A stretch of DNA of 61,685 bases from Candidatus Micrarchaeota archaeon (GTDB taxonomy: Archaea; Micrarchaeota; Micrarchaeia; Anstonellales; Anstonellaceae). Position 1 is the first letter of the stretch. Each line of letters opens with the position of its first letter. The stretch spans positions 1 to 61,685 of the forward strand of contig CAZYTZ010000002.1 of NCBI GenBank assembly GCA_964650545.1, read 5' to 3'. The notes beneath the pieces were generated by a model. It had not been told where the DNA came from, made no database searches, and worked only from the letters and a program-made list of their open reading frames with translations. A program made the position numbers and the translations under genes. Shown here in pieces: positions 9,183 to 17,554 of the stretch.

Positions 9183-9722
9183 CTAATACCTCTCAAATAC
9201 TGGTTCAATCGCGAAAAACTTTATCTTTTTGTGCTGAAAAAGGTTCTTTTCCAATTTATTTGATAAAGAAATTTGGTGTTTTATTTTCTCTATTATTAAA
9301 GCTATATTAGGTATTTTGTTGAATGAAAAACAAAAATCGATGCCTTCATTATGTATGAAAAAACGTTCTGGTATTGGTCCAAACCCTCCAATAATCATGC
9401 CGTATCTAAGATATGGATAAACCTCTTTATGGCGCAATGCCTTATGGCTATAAGTTATTATGTCGTGAGTAGTTACGGAGCCGTGTTTGAGTTCTATGGC
9501 AACTTTGGGCGTCTGTTGTTTCGCCCTTTTTCTACTAATAAGTAGGTCCGTCTGGAATGCATAGTCCCCTCTTCGCGGCTCTTTTGGCTTCTGCTCTATC
9601 TCTAGGTCAGGATTTATCTCTAGCTTGTAATATAGGCTTTTTCTTTCTTCTATTACATATTCCGAACCAATTTTACCATCTAATTTTGACTTTAGAAGTT
9701 GACTGAAGCGTTTCTCTCTCAT
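9183..9722 (-). CDS. Hypothetical protein, possible PD-(D/E)xK nuclease fold, very AT-rich
   Basis: 179 aa. FQTDLLI...KVAIELKHG gives a D...ExK arrangement. Its ATG overlaps the HAD stop (ATGA). Its stop lies 1 nt before the RNase J ATG. One 60-nt line counted 22% GC, against 65% in a line of the adjacent HAD gene. Confidence 0.5.
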   Translation of the reverse strand: MREKRFSQLLKSKLDGKIGSEYVIEERKSLYYKLEINPDLEIEQKPKEPRRGDYAFQTDLLISRKRAKQQTPKVAIELKHGSVTTHDIITYSHKALRHKEVYPYLRYGMIIGGFGPIPERFFIHNEGIDFCFSFNKIPNIALIIEKIKHQISLSNKLEKNLFQHKKIKFFAIEPVFERY

Positions 9723-10402
9723 TCAATCACCAATCTTATCTTTTTGTATCTAATTTTTTCAACCACTTTCTCCAAATCCCCTGGCTTTTCCAGCACAAAA
9801 TCAGCCTTCTTCCCTTTTTTCCCGATAACATGCCCATACTTTGCCCAAGCCGCCTTCATCCCGGCTGCTTTTGCCCCTGCAATGTCGCGCTCCGGGTTGT
9901 CGCCCACGAACAAACACTCCGCTGGCTTCACGCGCAACCGATGGCACATGCGCAGGAAGGGCGCCTTGTCCGGCTTTTGCTTCCCAGTGTCGTGGAAGGT
10001 GCCCACTTCATTAAAGAAGCCTTCAAGCCCTGAGAGAATCAGCCTCTGCCACGCCTTGTTCCTCGGGGCGTCGGACAGCACGGCAAGCCTGTAGCGCCCC
10101 TTGAGCCTTGAAAGCAGTCTTTCCACCCCTGGATATGACCTCAAAACCTCAAACTTGCGTCTGTTGTAGCCTATTATGGCTGCCTGCTGCAGCCTTTCAG
10201 CCCTATTTCCCCTGTACCCTGCCCCATAAACCAGGTCTGCAAACGTCTTTTGGTACTCTATGCCCTTGCTGTCATATATCCTGAAAATGCGCTCCATTGT
10301 CTCCTTCTCGGACAGCTTCCATCCCCTCTCACGCATCATCCTTGCCGCCTCGCGCGCAGTCTCGCGCTTGAGCCCCAAGAAGTCAAGAAGGGTATTGTCC
10401 AT
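9719..10402 (-). CDS. HAD-superfamily hydrolase (subfamily IA, phosphatase-like)
   Basis: Motif I is MDNTLLDF (DxDxT-like), followed by LSDAPR and the C-terminal VGDNPERDIAGAKAAGM. Confidence 0.85.
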   Translation of the reverse strand: MDNTLLDFLGLKRETAREAARMMRERGWKLSEKETMERIFRIYDSKGIEYQKTFADLVYGAGYRGNRAERLQQAAIIGYNRRKFEVLRSYPGVERLLSRLKGRYRLAVLSDAPRNKAWQRLILSGLEGFFNEVGTFHDTGKQKPDKAPFLRMCHRLRVKPAECLFVGDNPERDIAGAKAAGMKAAWAKYGHVIGKKGKKADFVLEKPGDLEKVVEKIRYKKIRLVIE

Positions 10403-10488
10403 GTCGAAGATGATTGCTTTGAGCAGGGAATTACCTCTGAGAGAGTAAGGGTGGCAAGGGTGATAAAGGTTGCGGTAGAAACATTTCC

Positions 10489-10842
10489 ATGGATGAGAAA
10501 CGGATAGCTGAGCTTAAAGCCAAGATACAACAATTCCGTGATGACAGGGACTGGAAGCAGTTCCACAATCCCAAGGACCTCGCCATTTCGATAGCAATAG
10601 AGGCGGGAGAACTTCTTGAACAATTCCAGTGGAAAGACAAGGAAGGCGTTGAGGACAAGGTGAAGCAGGAAAAGCACAAGGTAGAAGACGAAATGGCAGA
10701 TATTTACATCTATCTTCTAGAGATGTCAGATGTGCTTGGAATAGACCTGATTGAGGCGGCGAACAGGAAAATGGCAAAAAATGCCGCAAAATACCCTGTG
10801 GAAAAGGCTAAAGGCAACAGCAAGAAATACACGGAGCTGTAG
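10489..10842 (+). CDS. MazG-like nucleotide pyrophosphohydrolase (all-alpha NTP-PPase)
   Basis: 117 aa. FRDDRDWKQFHNPKDLAISIAIEAGELLEQFQWK ... EDEMADIYIYLLEMSD is the typical MazG/DCTPP1-like EExxE...D helical core. Confidence 0.85.
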   Translation: MDEKRIAELKAKIQQFRDDRDWKQFHNPKDLAISIAIEAGELLEQFQWKDKEGVEDKVKQEKHKVEDEMADIYIYLLEMSDVLGIDLIEAANRKMAKNAAKYPVEKAKGNSKKYTEL

Positions 10843-10844
10843 GG

Positions 10845-12710
10845 ATGATTGTCTACGAATCGACAAAGCAGGGTTTTCTCACTGACGCGTCCAACTGCAT
10901 AGAGGATATTATCAGCTCCAATGTAAAGGAAAGGCTGAGAATAGATGTGAAGCCTGGAAGCTCGGAATATAACTCATGGAGGAATTCACTTGGGAATGCC
11001 ATGAACCATGTTATGAACACGGACAAAATACCTGATGGTGCCGGAGTTGCCATAGAATATTCGATCCCAAGGACAAAAAACAGGATTGATTTCATCATAA
11101 CTGGGCAAGATGAGCAAAATACCGAAAATGTTGTAATTATAGAGCTTAAGCAGTGGACGGACATACAGGCTACAGATAAGGACGCAATGGTCCTGACACG
11201 CTTTAGGCACGGAATGGGTGAACAGTTGCATCCATCATATCAGGCGTGGTCATATTCGACCTTGCTGAACGGATTCAATGCAACAGTGTATGAAGAAGGG
11301 ATAACCCTGCGGCCGTGTGCCTACTTGCACAACCACGTGGACAGGAATGCCATATACAATCCGCTTTATGCAGATTATCTTGAAAAAGCCCCGGCGTTCT
11401 GCAAAGGCGACAAGGAAAAGCTTCAGGATTTCATATCAAAATACATCAAGTACGGAAACAAAAAAAATACAATATACCGCATTGAAAACGGCGAAATAAG
11501 GCCTTCAAAACACCTTGCAGAAAGCCTCTATTCCATGCTCAAGGGCAAGGAGGAGTTTATTCTGATCGACGACCAGAAAATAGTGTATGAAAATGCCCTT
11601 TCCCTGGCAAAAAAGTCGAGCAAAACAAACAAGAACGTCCTGATTGTCGAGGGCGGCCCAGGCACAGGCAAATCCGTGGTCGCCATCAACCTGCTCGTTG
11701 CGATAACCAGGCTTGGGCTAAATACCCGGTATGTCACCAAAAATGCAGCCCCACGGGGTGTTTTTGAGGCAAAACTTACTGGAAAAATGACAAAAACCGA
11801 GATATCCAACCTATTTACAGGCTCAGGGTCCTATGTTGATGCCGCCGAGGACTATTTCGACGCTCTGATTGTGGATGAGGCCCACCGCCTTAATGCGAAG
11901 TCAGGTTTGTTCAGGAATCTGGGAGAAAACCAGATCAAGGAGATAATCCAGGCATCAAAGAGTTCCATATTTTTCATTGACGAAAACCAAAAAGTGACGT
12001 GGAGCGATATCGGGGAAAAGGAAGAAATAGAAAAGTGGGCCAAAAAGCTCGGCGCAAATGTCTGCAGCGCAAAGCTCGAATCCCAGTTCCGCTGCAATGG
12101 TTCTGATGGATTCTTGTCCTGGCTGGACAATTCACTCCAGATAAATGAGACGGCGAATACAACCCTAGAAGGCATTAAATACGATTTTAGGATTGTAGAT
12201 TCCCCAAATGCATTGAGGGAACTGATTTTTGAGAAGAATAAAGCGAACAACAAAGCACGGCTTGTGGCGGGTTATTGCTGGGACTGGGTCAGCAAGAAAA
12301 ACAAGGAGCTAAAAGACATTAATATTCCTGAACATAAATTTGAAATGACCTGGAACCTGGCAAGCGACGGCAATGTCTGGATTATTTCGCCCAACTCTGT
12401 TAACGAGGCAGGCTGTATCCACACCTGCCAGGGCCTTGAAGTGGATTACATCGGCGTTATCGTTGGTCCGGACCTGATTGCGCGAAACAACAAAATAATC
12501 ACTGTTCCGAACAAGAGGGCAAAGACCGACGCTTCACTCAATGGATATGTAAAAGCCATGGCAAAGGATCCGGCGGCTGCAAAGAAAAAGGCAGACCTGA
12601 TCATAAAGAATACCTATCGCACGCTTATGACGCGTGGAATGAAAGGTTGCTACGTCTATTTTGTCGATAAAGAAACGGAAAAATATTTCAAAGAAATGAT
12701 TGGGAAGTGA
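10845..12710 (+). CDS. DUF2075-family P-loop NTPase/helicase (Schlafen-helicase-like) with N-terminal nuclease-like module
   Basis: 621 aa. The N-terminal RIDFIITG...VVIIELKQW is D...ExK-like. Walker A is VEGGPGTGKSV and Walker B is LIVDEAHRL, followed by FFIDENQKV and the C-terminal TCQGLEVDYIGVIVGPDL. It starts 2 nt after the MazG stop. Confidence 0.85.
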   Translation: MIVYESTKQGFLTDASNCIEDIISSNVKERLRIDVKPGSSEYNSWRNSLGNAMNHVMNTDKIPDGAGVAIEYSIPRTKNRIDFIITGQDEQNTENVVIIELKQWTDIQATDKDAMVLTRFRHGMGEQLHPSYQAWSYSTLLNGFNATVYEEGITLRPCAYLHNHVDRNAIYNPLYADYLEKAPAFCKGDKEKLQDFISKYIKYGNKKNTIYRIENGEIRPSKHLAESLYSMLKGKEEFILIDDQKIVYENALSLAKKSSKTNKNVLIVEGGPGTGKSVVAINLLVAITRLGLNTRYVTKNAAPRGVFEAKLTGKMTKTEISNLFTGSGSYVDAAEDYFDALIVDEAHRLNAKSGLFRNLGENQIKEIIQASKSSIFFIDENQKVTWSDIGEKEEIEKWAKKLGANVCSAKLESQFRCNGSDGFLSWLDNSLQINETANTTLEGIKYDFRIVDSPNALRELIFEKNKANNKARLVAGYCWDWVSKKNKELKDINIPEHKFEMTWNLASDGNVWIISPNSVNEAGCIHTCQGLEVDYIGVIVGPDLIARNNKIITVPNKRAKTDASLNGYVKAMAKDPAAAKKKADLIIKNTYRTLMTRGMKGCYVYFVDKETEKYFKEMIGK

Positions 12711-12782
12711 GCAGGGTAGGATTCCCCTGGAAGTTACCACAATAGGCGACAACTTCATCACTGGCATCCTCCTTTAGAAGGC

Positions 12783-12792
12783 TTTTTATAGA
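12783..12792 (+). promoter_or_regulatory. TATA-box-like element upstream of the ImmA/DUF4411 pair
   Basis: tttttataga lies about 45-55 nt upstream of the candidate start codons (GTG 12836 / ATG 12848). Confidence 0.35.
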
Positions 12793-12835
12793 GAAGGTTC
12801 GAAGATTGTGATGCAATCTATAAAATTCATCTGAC

Positions 12836-14002
12836 GTGAGGTTGAAAATGACCCGCGAACCAGTCCTGTTGCCGGTTGAACCGTCTGTGATGCAATGGCT
12901 TAGAGAGAGCGCGGGCTGGACAACTAGTGAAGTAAGTGGCAAGCTCGGTTTGCAGGAAGAATCTTACCTGAGATTTGAGCGCGGAGAGAAAAAACCTACT
13001 CTGAGGCAGATAATGCTCCTTGCAAAGGCTTTCAAACGGCCCATGGCTGCTTTTTTGCTTTCTGTACCTCAGCAGGAATCTGCGCTGCCGCAGGATTTCA
13101 GAAAACTGCCAAAAGACAAACGCGAATTTGGCAGGAAAATGAGGCGCGTTTTCAGAAAGGCGCGCTGGCTTCAGGAAACATCTAATGAGCTGATGTCTAA
13201 CCTAAACATTAATCTTGACCCAGCAATCAAGCGTTACAGGCTTTCTGATAATCCATCACGCATAGCTGACGGAGAGAGAGAAGCATCTGCCATTGCCCTA
13301 GAAATGCAGATGAAATGGAAAAGTCCCTATGCGGCATTTGCAAGCTGGAGAGAATATGTTGAATCGAAGAATATCAGAGTTTTCCAGATAAGTATGCCTA
13401 TAGAAGAAGCTAGAGGATTTTCACTTACCGATGCCAAACCAAACGTCATAGTTGTCAATTCAGCAGACGATATAAATGCAAGGATATTTACCCTCTTCCA
13501 TGAATATGCGCACATACTTCTTGCCAAAACTAGTGTATGCATACCGGAATTTGGACAATCGGATGACTCTGGCGAAATAGCCATGGTTGAAAGGTGGTGC
13601 AATAAGTTTGCAGCAGACTTCCTGCTCCCACAGGTTGCACGTGAATATATTTGCAGGAACGCATCGAGTATAGACGTTGGCAAGCTATCCTCAAAGCTGA
13701 AAGTCAGCAAGTACGCCCTGATGATACGCATGGTAGAGTTTGGCGTTATTTCAGGTCAGCAATTGAACGAATTCCTAACAAAAGTGCCAAAAGCACCAAC
13801 TGGAAAAAAAGGCGGCTTTGGAAAGGGCATGACTCAGCTTGACAAAGCAAAGCAGGAAAAGGGCAATGGATATCTATCGCTGGTAATGGAAAACCTTGAC
13901 AGAGGTATGATTAACACAAAAGATGCACTGGATTACTTGTCAGTCAGAATGAAGTACCTGGAGAAGATAAAGAGCAAAGAAAAGGGTGCAAAAAATGCCT
14001 GA
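12836..14002 (+). CDS. XRE-type HTH plus ImmA/IrrE (DUF955) zinc metallopeptidase
   Basis: 388 aa. The N-terminal HTH is WTTSEVSGKLGLQEESYLRFERGEKKPTLRQIMLLAKAF. The HExxH motif is FHEYAHILL. Confidence 0.85.
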   Translation: MRLKMTREPVLLPVEPSVMQWLRESAGWTTSEVSGKLGLQEESYLRFERGEKKPTLRQIMLLAKAFKRPMAAFLLSVPQQESALPQDFRKLPKDKREFGRKMRRVFRKARWLQETSNELMSNLNINLDPAIKRYRLSDNPSRIADGEREASAIALEMQMKWKSPYAAFASWREYVESKNIRVFQISMPIEEARGFSLTDAKPNVIVVNSADDINARIFTLFHEYAHILLAKTSVCIPEFGQSDDSGEIAMVERWCNKFAADFLLPQVAREYICRNASSIDVGKLSSKLKVSKYALMIRMVEFGVISGQQLNEFLTKVPKAPTGKKGGFGKGMTQLDKAKQEKGNGYLSLVMENLDRGMINTKDALDYLSVRMKYLEKIKSKEKGAKNA

Positions 14003-14492
14003 CGAAACTATTTACATAGCAGACACCAGCGCACTCATTGAAATCCAGCAAAAATACCCTCATGACGTATTCGGTGGTTTGTGGAAAAACCTCTCAGGTC
14101 TTGCAAAAAATGGTAAAATGATTGCGCCAAGGCACGTATTTGACGAGATAAAGAGCTATGCATTGGAAGACTATTTGAAAACTTGGGCAACACAACATAA
14201 GAATATGTTCAAGGAGCCAACGCCTGCCCATTATCTGAAGGTAAAGGAGATACTGGCCTCTTTTCCTAATTTGATAAACACAAAAAGTGAGTTTGAGCAG
14301 GCAGATCCATACGTCGTTGCTATGGCGCTATGTGTTGAGAGACAGACAACGCTTGTTGGAAACATTCGTGTTGTTGTGACGGAAGAAAGCTTTACGAAAC
14401 CTCAAAGAATACCTGATGTTTGTAGAAATTACAGTATAACATGCATAAACACTATAGAGATGTTCAGGCAGGAAGGATGGAGATTTGAATAG
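13986..14492 (+). CDS. DUF4411-family (PIN-like) protein
   Basis: 168 aa. IYIADTSALIEIQQKYPHDVFGGLWKNL...MIAPRHVFDEIK is characteristic of DUF4411. It overlaps the ImmA gene end by 17 nt. Confidence 0.75.
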   Translation: MQKMPDETIYIADTSALIEIQQKYPHDVFGGLWKNLSGLAKNGKMIAPRHVFDEIKSYALEDYLKTWATQHKNMFKEPTPAHYLKVKEILASFPNLINTKSEFEQADPYVVAMALCVERQTTLVGNIRVVVTEESFTKPQRIPDVCRNYSITCINTIEMFRQEGWRFE

Positions 14493-14575
14493 AATTGTGC
14501 CGAACATCGGCACCCTACTCTACATGGCCTTTTAAGCACACTCTTGCGTCTTATTTGCGTTTGGAGGTCAAGCGA

Positions 14576-14818
14576 ATGGCAATATCATTTATCCAAGGCA
14601 ACCACCGCGAATGGGCAGCAAGCGTGATTGAGGATTGGCATGACGTTCAGGTTGGCTTGCTCAAAGGTAAGCTAAGGAAAGACGAGCGAGAAGGGATTAG
14701 AAGTGGCATAGAACGCACAGGTGAGCTTGTGGAGAAGCTACGTGACAAAAAAGAAATCCTCACACACGATGAATGGGATGATGCCTTGATGTATCTCTGG
14801 CAGGAGCGATGTGATTAA
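14576..14818 (+). CDS. Hypothetical small protein
   Basis: The internal ATG is preceded by GGAGGT with 7-nt spacing. 80 aa, charged and helical. No recognised motif. Confidence 0.45.
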   Translation: MAISFIQGNHREWAASVIEDWHDVQVGLLKGKLRKDEREGIRSGIERTGELVEKLRDKKEILTHDEWDDALMYLWQERCD

Positions 14819-14852
14819 TTCTACACTCGTGCTCGTTTAACGCTTCCCCCAC

Positions 14853-15215
14853 CTAATCCTTCCCTTTCGCCCTCAATCTCCTCATCCTCTCCCTATTGTA
14901 CTTCCGCTTAGCCTCAAGCTGCGCCGCAGACATGCTTTTGCCCGCTTTCCGCTTCTTCTTAGCCGTTTTCTTGCTGGAAGGCTTCCTTGCAGCAGCCTTG
15001 CGCGCAGCCGGGCCTGCCGCAGCCTTGGCAGCCGCCCTGGCATACGCTGCCAGCTTTTCCTCGGTTATCAGCTTTTCAGTGCCTGTAGCGCCCTCGCGCA
15101 CAAGCTTGTCAAGCTCATTTCGAAGGTTCAAGAGCTTGGTCCCTGAGTTGGAAACAGTAATGCCGGCAGATGAAATAAGCCCCACCCCGCGCAGCAAATC
15201 GCGAACCTTGCCCAT
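14853..15215 (-). CDS. Hypothetical basic Ala/Lys-rich protein
   Basis: 120 aa. The C-terminal two thirds are AAKAAAGPAARKAAARKPSSKKTAKKKRKAGK..., like a histone H1-type low-complexity basic tail. Confidence 0.5.
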   Translation of the reverse strand: MGKVRDLLRGVGLISSAGITVSNSGTKLLNLRNELDKLVREGATGTEKLITEEKLAAYARAAAKAAAGPAARKAAARKPSSKKTAKKKRKAGKSMSAAQLEAKRKYNRERMRRLRAKGKD

Positions 15216-15381
15216 GGAAAAACACCCCCGTTTTTTTCCAGAAGTCGCAAACCGGAGTTTGCGACTCCGATAGACGACACCTTAGACTAGTTATAGGCAA
15301 AGGAGGATAAAAAGGTTAGGGATACGACGGAGGAGGAAGGGAGATAAATGTTTTTGTGGAATTAATTGTGGGGGTGTAGAA

Positions 15382-15516
15382 ATGCCAAATGCAAATTGCC
15401 CAAAATGCGAAAATAATAGTTTTATAGATTGGCAATATGAGTCTGCAAGAGCAGGAACTGTGATTATGATAATTTGCTCTGCTTGTGGAGCGGTAGTGGG
15501 AACGGTAAAAAAATAA
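15382..15516 (+). CDS. Small zinc-ribbon protein (44 aa)
   Basis: My own translation gives MPNANCPKCENNSFIDWQYESARAGTVIMIICSACGAVVGTVKK*. It has two CxxC pairs. It is not in the ORF track because it is under 60 aa. Confidence 0.45.
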   Translation: MPNANCPKCENNSFIDWQYESARAGTVIMIICSACGAVVGTVKK

Positions 15517-15732
15517 TTATTTGATAGAAACCTTCTGAATTATTTTCAGGAATTCATCCCATTTGTCCACCGGAATACGCGTCCCGCTCTTACCATAACC
15601 AGTGAAACTTGTGCTCGTAATATATTCACGTATATCTATTCCTAGTTTTCCCCCATAATCACTTTTTTTTACAACGATATCTACGGTTTCTGATTTTTTC
15701 AGACGTCCAATTTCCTCTTCCATCACATTCAC
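15517..15732 (-). CDS. PC4/p15-like ssDNA-binding (transcriptional coactivator-like) protein
   Basis: 71 aa. ETVDIVVKKSDYGGKLGIDIREYITS...GYGKSGTRIPVDKWDEFLKIIQKV follows the PC4 (PF02229-type) pattern. Confidence 0.6.
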   Translation of the reverse strand: MNVMEEEIGRLKKSETVDIVVKKSDYGGKLGIDIREYITSTSFTGYGKSGTRIPVDKWDEFLKIIQKVSIK

Positions 15733-15805
15733 CCCCTAATTTACAAATTTACTCAGAAAGACGTAAAAGACTATGCCGCATATCATTACTTGGGAGGTGT
15801 ATTGA

Positions 15806-15988
15806 ATGACAATAGCCGCAGTGTTCCATTTTTTTGCGCGTAATCCACCATCACTGTTGATCGGAGGGGGAATTTTAGGTTGGCTTCTTTGTGGGCTATC
15901 AAATGTCCCAGTATTTTGCAATTACTGGGGCTGGTTGATTGCAAGTGGGTTCATATTGCAACTGATATGGTTATATTTTCAAAGATAG
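15806..15988 (+). CDS. Possible small membrane protein
   Basis: 60 aa with two hydrophobic segments. An alternative ORF lies on the opposite strand. Weak call. Confidence 0.3.
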   Translation: MTIAAVFHFFARNPPSLLIGGGILGWLLCGLSNVPVFCNYWGWLIASGFILQLIWLYFQR

Positions 15989-16129
15989 GCGATAATGATA
16001 TAAATTATTAGAAATACTAAAAGATATTAAGTTTATTATGATTTTGAACAAGAAATGGCACCCAAGCCGCCCTTTCCACACGAAGAAGGCGAAAGGAATA
16101 AATGGAGGGGCTTAAATAGATAGAAATGC

Positions 16130-17050
16130 GTGGGTAAAGTGACGAAGGAGGGAGATTTGATGACTTTATCTGGTAGTTCTCTGTTTTCAAAGGCTACAGA
16201 TGTTGATGTTGAGAATGATAAGAAAGTAGTTGAATTTGGTGAAAACAACAATAAGGTGATGCTCGCCTTTATAGCAAGTTATGCGCCTGCTCGTCTTTCA
16301 CCAGTTGAACGTGCAGACATGTCGATAGGTCTCTCAGAAGAATTTGGATTTGAAGAGGCTTTAGAAGAAATTAAAGATAAATGCAAGGGAAAAGCTGAGG
16401 CAATTTTAGTTGTTAACAGCCCCGGTGGATTAGTTGATAGCTCATATAAAATTGCAAAAACACTGAGAGCAACCTTTTCAAAGATAACTGTTTGTGTACC
16501 GCACGTAGCTGCAAGCGGAGGAACTTTAATCGCTCTCACTGGTGATGAAATTATTCTTGGCCCAATGAGTCAACTCAGTCCAATAGATGTCCAGATCGGC
16601 TATGGAAAAAGTGTTATTTCTACAAATTATCCTCTTGCAGCGTTAGGTCGATTAAATGATTTCTTTAAAGATAAGAGAGTTGAAGAGGCGCCATACCCCA
16701 TGAAAGCTATGGCTGACAAACTAGATCCCCTTATGTTAGAACTTGCTTCTGGCCTTACTTTTACTATGCAAGAATATGCAAAAAATATTTTAAAACAAAA
16801 TATGAAAGATAATACAAAAATCCAGAGTATTGTAGATAAACTAACACGAGGGTACCCTTGCCACGATTACTTGATAGATTATGAGGAAGCTAAATCAATA
16901 GGGCTACCCGCAATTAATAGCACTGAGAGAAAGGAGCTTTGGAATTTATCAAGACTCTGGTTGTCAAAATATGTACTCAGCATTAAAGACAAGCATATTA
17001 TAAGATTTTACGTTCCAAAAAAGTCTGCAGTTGAGGGGCGATCTAAATGA
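16130..17050 (+). CDS. SDH-family ClpP-fold serine protease (SppA/S49-related)
   Basis: 306 aa. ILVVNSPGGLVDSSYKIAKTLR...VCVPHVAASGGTLIALTGDEIILGPMSQLSPIDVQ matches the SDH_sah / ClpP-class protease core. AT-rich: single 60-nt lines counted 27-42% GC. Confidence 0.8.
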   Translation: MGKVTKEGDLMTLSGSSLFSKATDVDVENDKKVVEFGENNNKVMLAFIASYAPARLSPVERADMSIGLSEEFGFEEALEEIKDKCKGKAEAILVVNSPGGLVDSSYKIAKTLRATFSKITVCVPHVAASGGTLIALTGDEIILGPMSQLSPIDVQIGYGKSVISTNYPLAALGRLNDFFKDKRVEEAPYPMKAMADKLDPLMLELASGLTFTMQEYAKNILKQNMKDNTKIQSIVDKLTRGYPCHDYLIDYEEAKSIGLPAINSTERKELWNLSRLWLSKYVLSIKDKHIIRFYVPKKSAVEGRSK

Positions 17051-17554
17051 AATCAGAAACTACTGTTTTTGAATGTTTTCTTAAGCACACGGAGCACGCA
17101 TCAATTTCATATGAAATGTGGAGAAATTTATCTCCAAAGATGACATTGATATACTAGTTAACGAACACCCATTTCAATATAGGTTCAACAAACCTCTTCT
17201 TTTTTCCACCCCCTATTACAAAACATCTTTCCCGCTAAAATTTAATTCCCGTCTTCCAGCAGCTCTCCCTAATTTTAAGGGACACTGGAGTTTTTTCTCT
17301 CGTTTTTTCCCTCTGCTGTGCAACAGCACAGCAGTGTACCGCGCGATTTCACATCTCACGTTGGTATACCCAAGATACTCAAAACATAGCAAAAGCCATT
17401 CTTTTGGGCACTTTACGCGCGGAAGCCGGCTTCCGGCATCAAGAAAACCCGCTCAACACTGCTACAATGAACCATAGCGCGGGTTAGAGGAATTAAGGGG
17501 GTGCTTGGGTTTACTGATATGATTGCGCGCGCGAAGGCGCAGTACACTGTAGCG

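Noticed and set aside
17118-17477. 119-aa ORF in the 500-nt gap at the island border
   Set aside because: Its composition is Ser/Pro/Phe/His-rich and not protein-like. It has no SD or start context and it crosses several perfect palindromes. I treat the region as non-coding.
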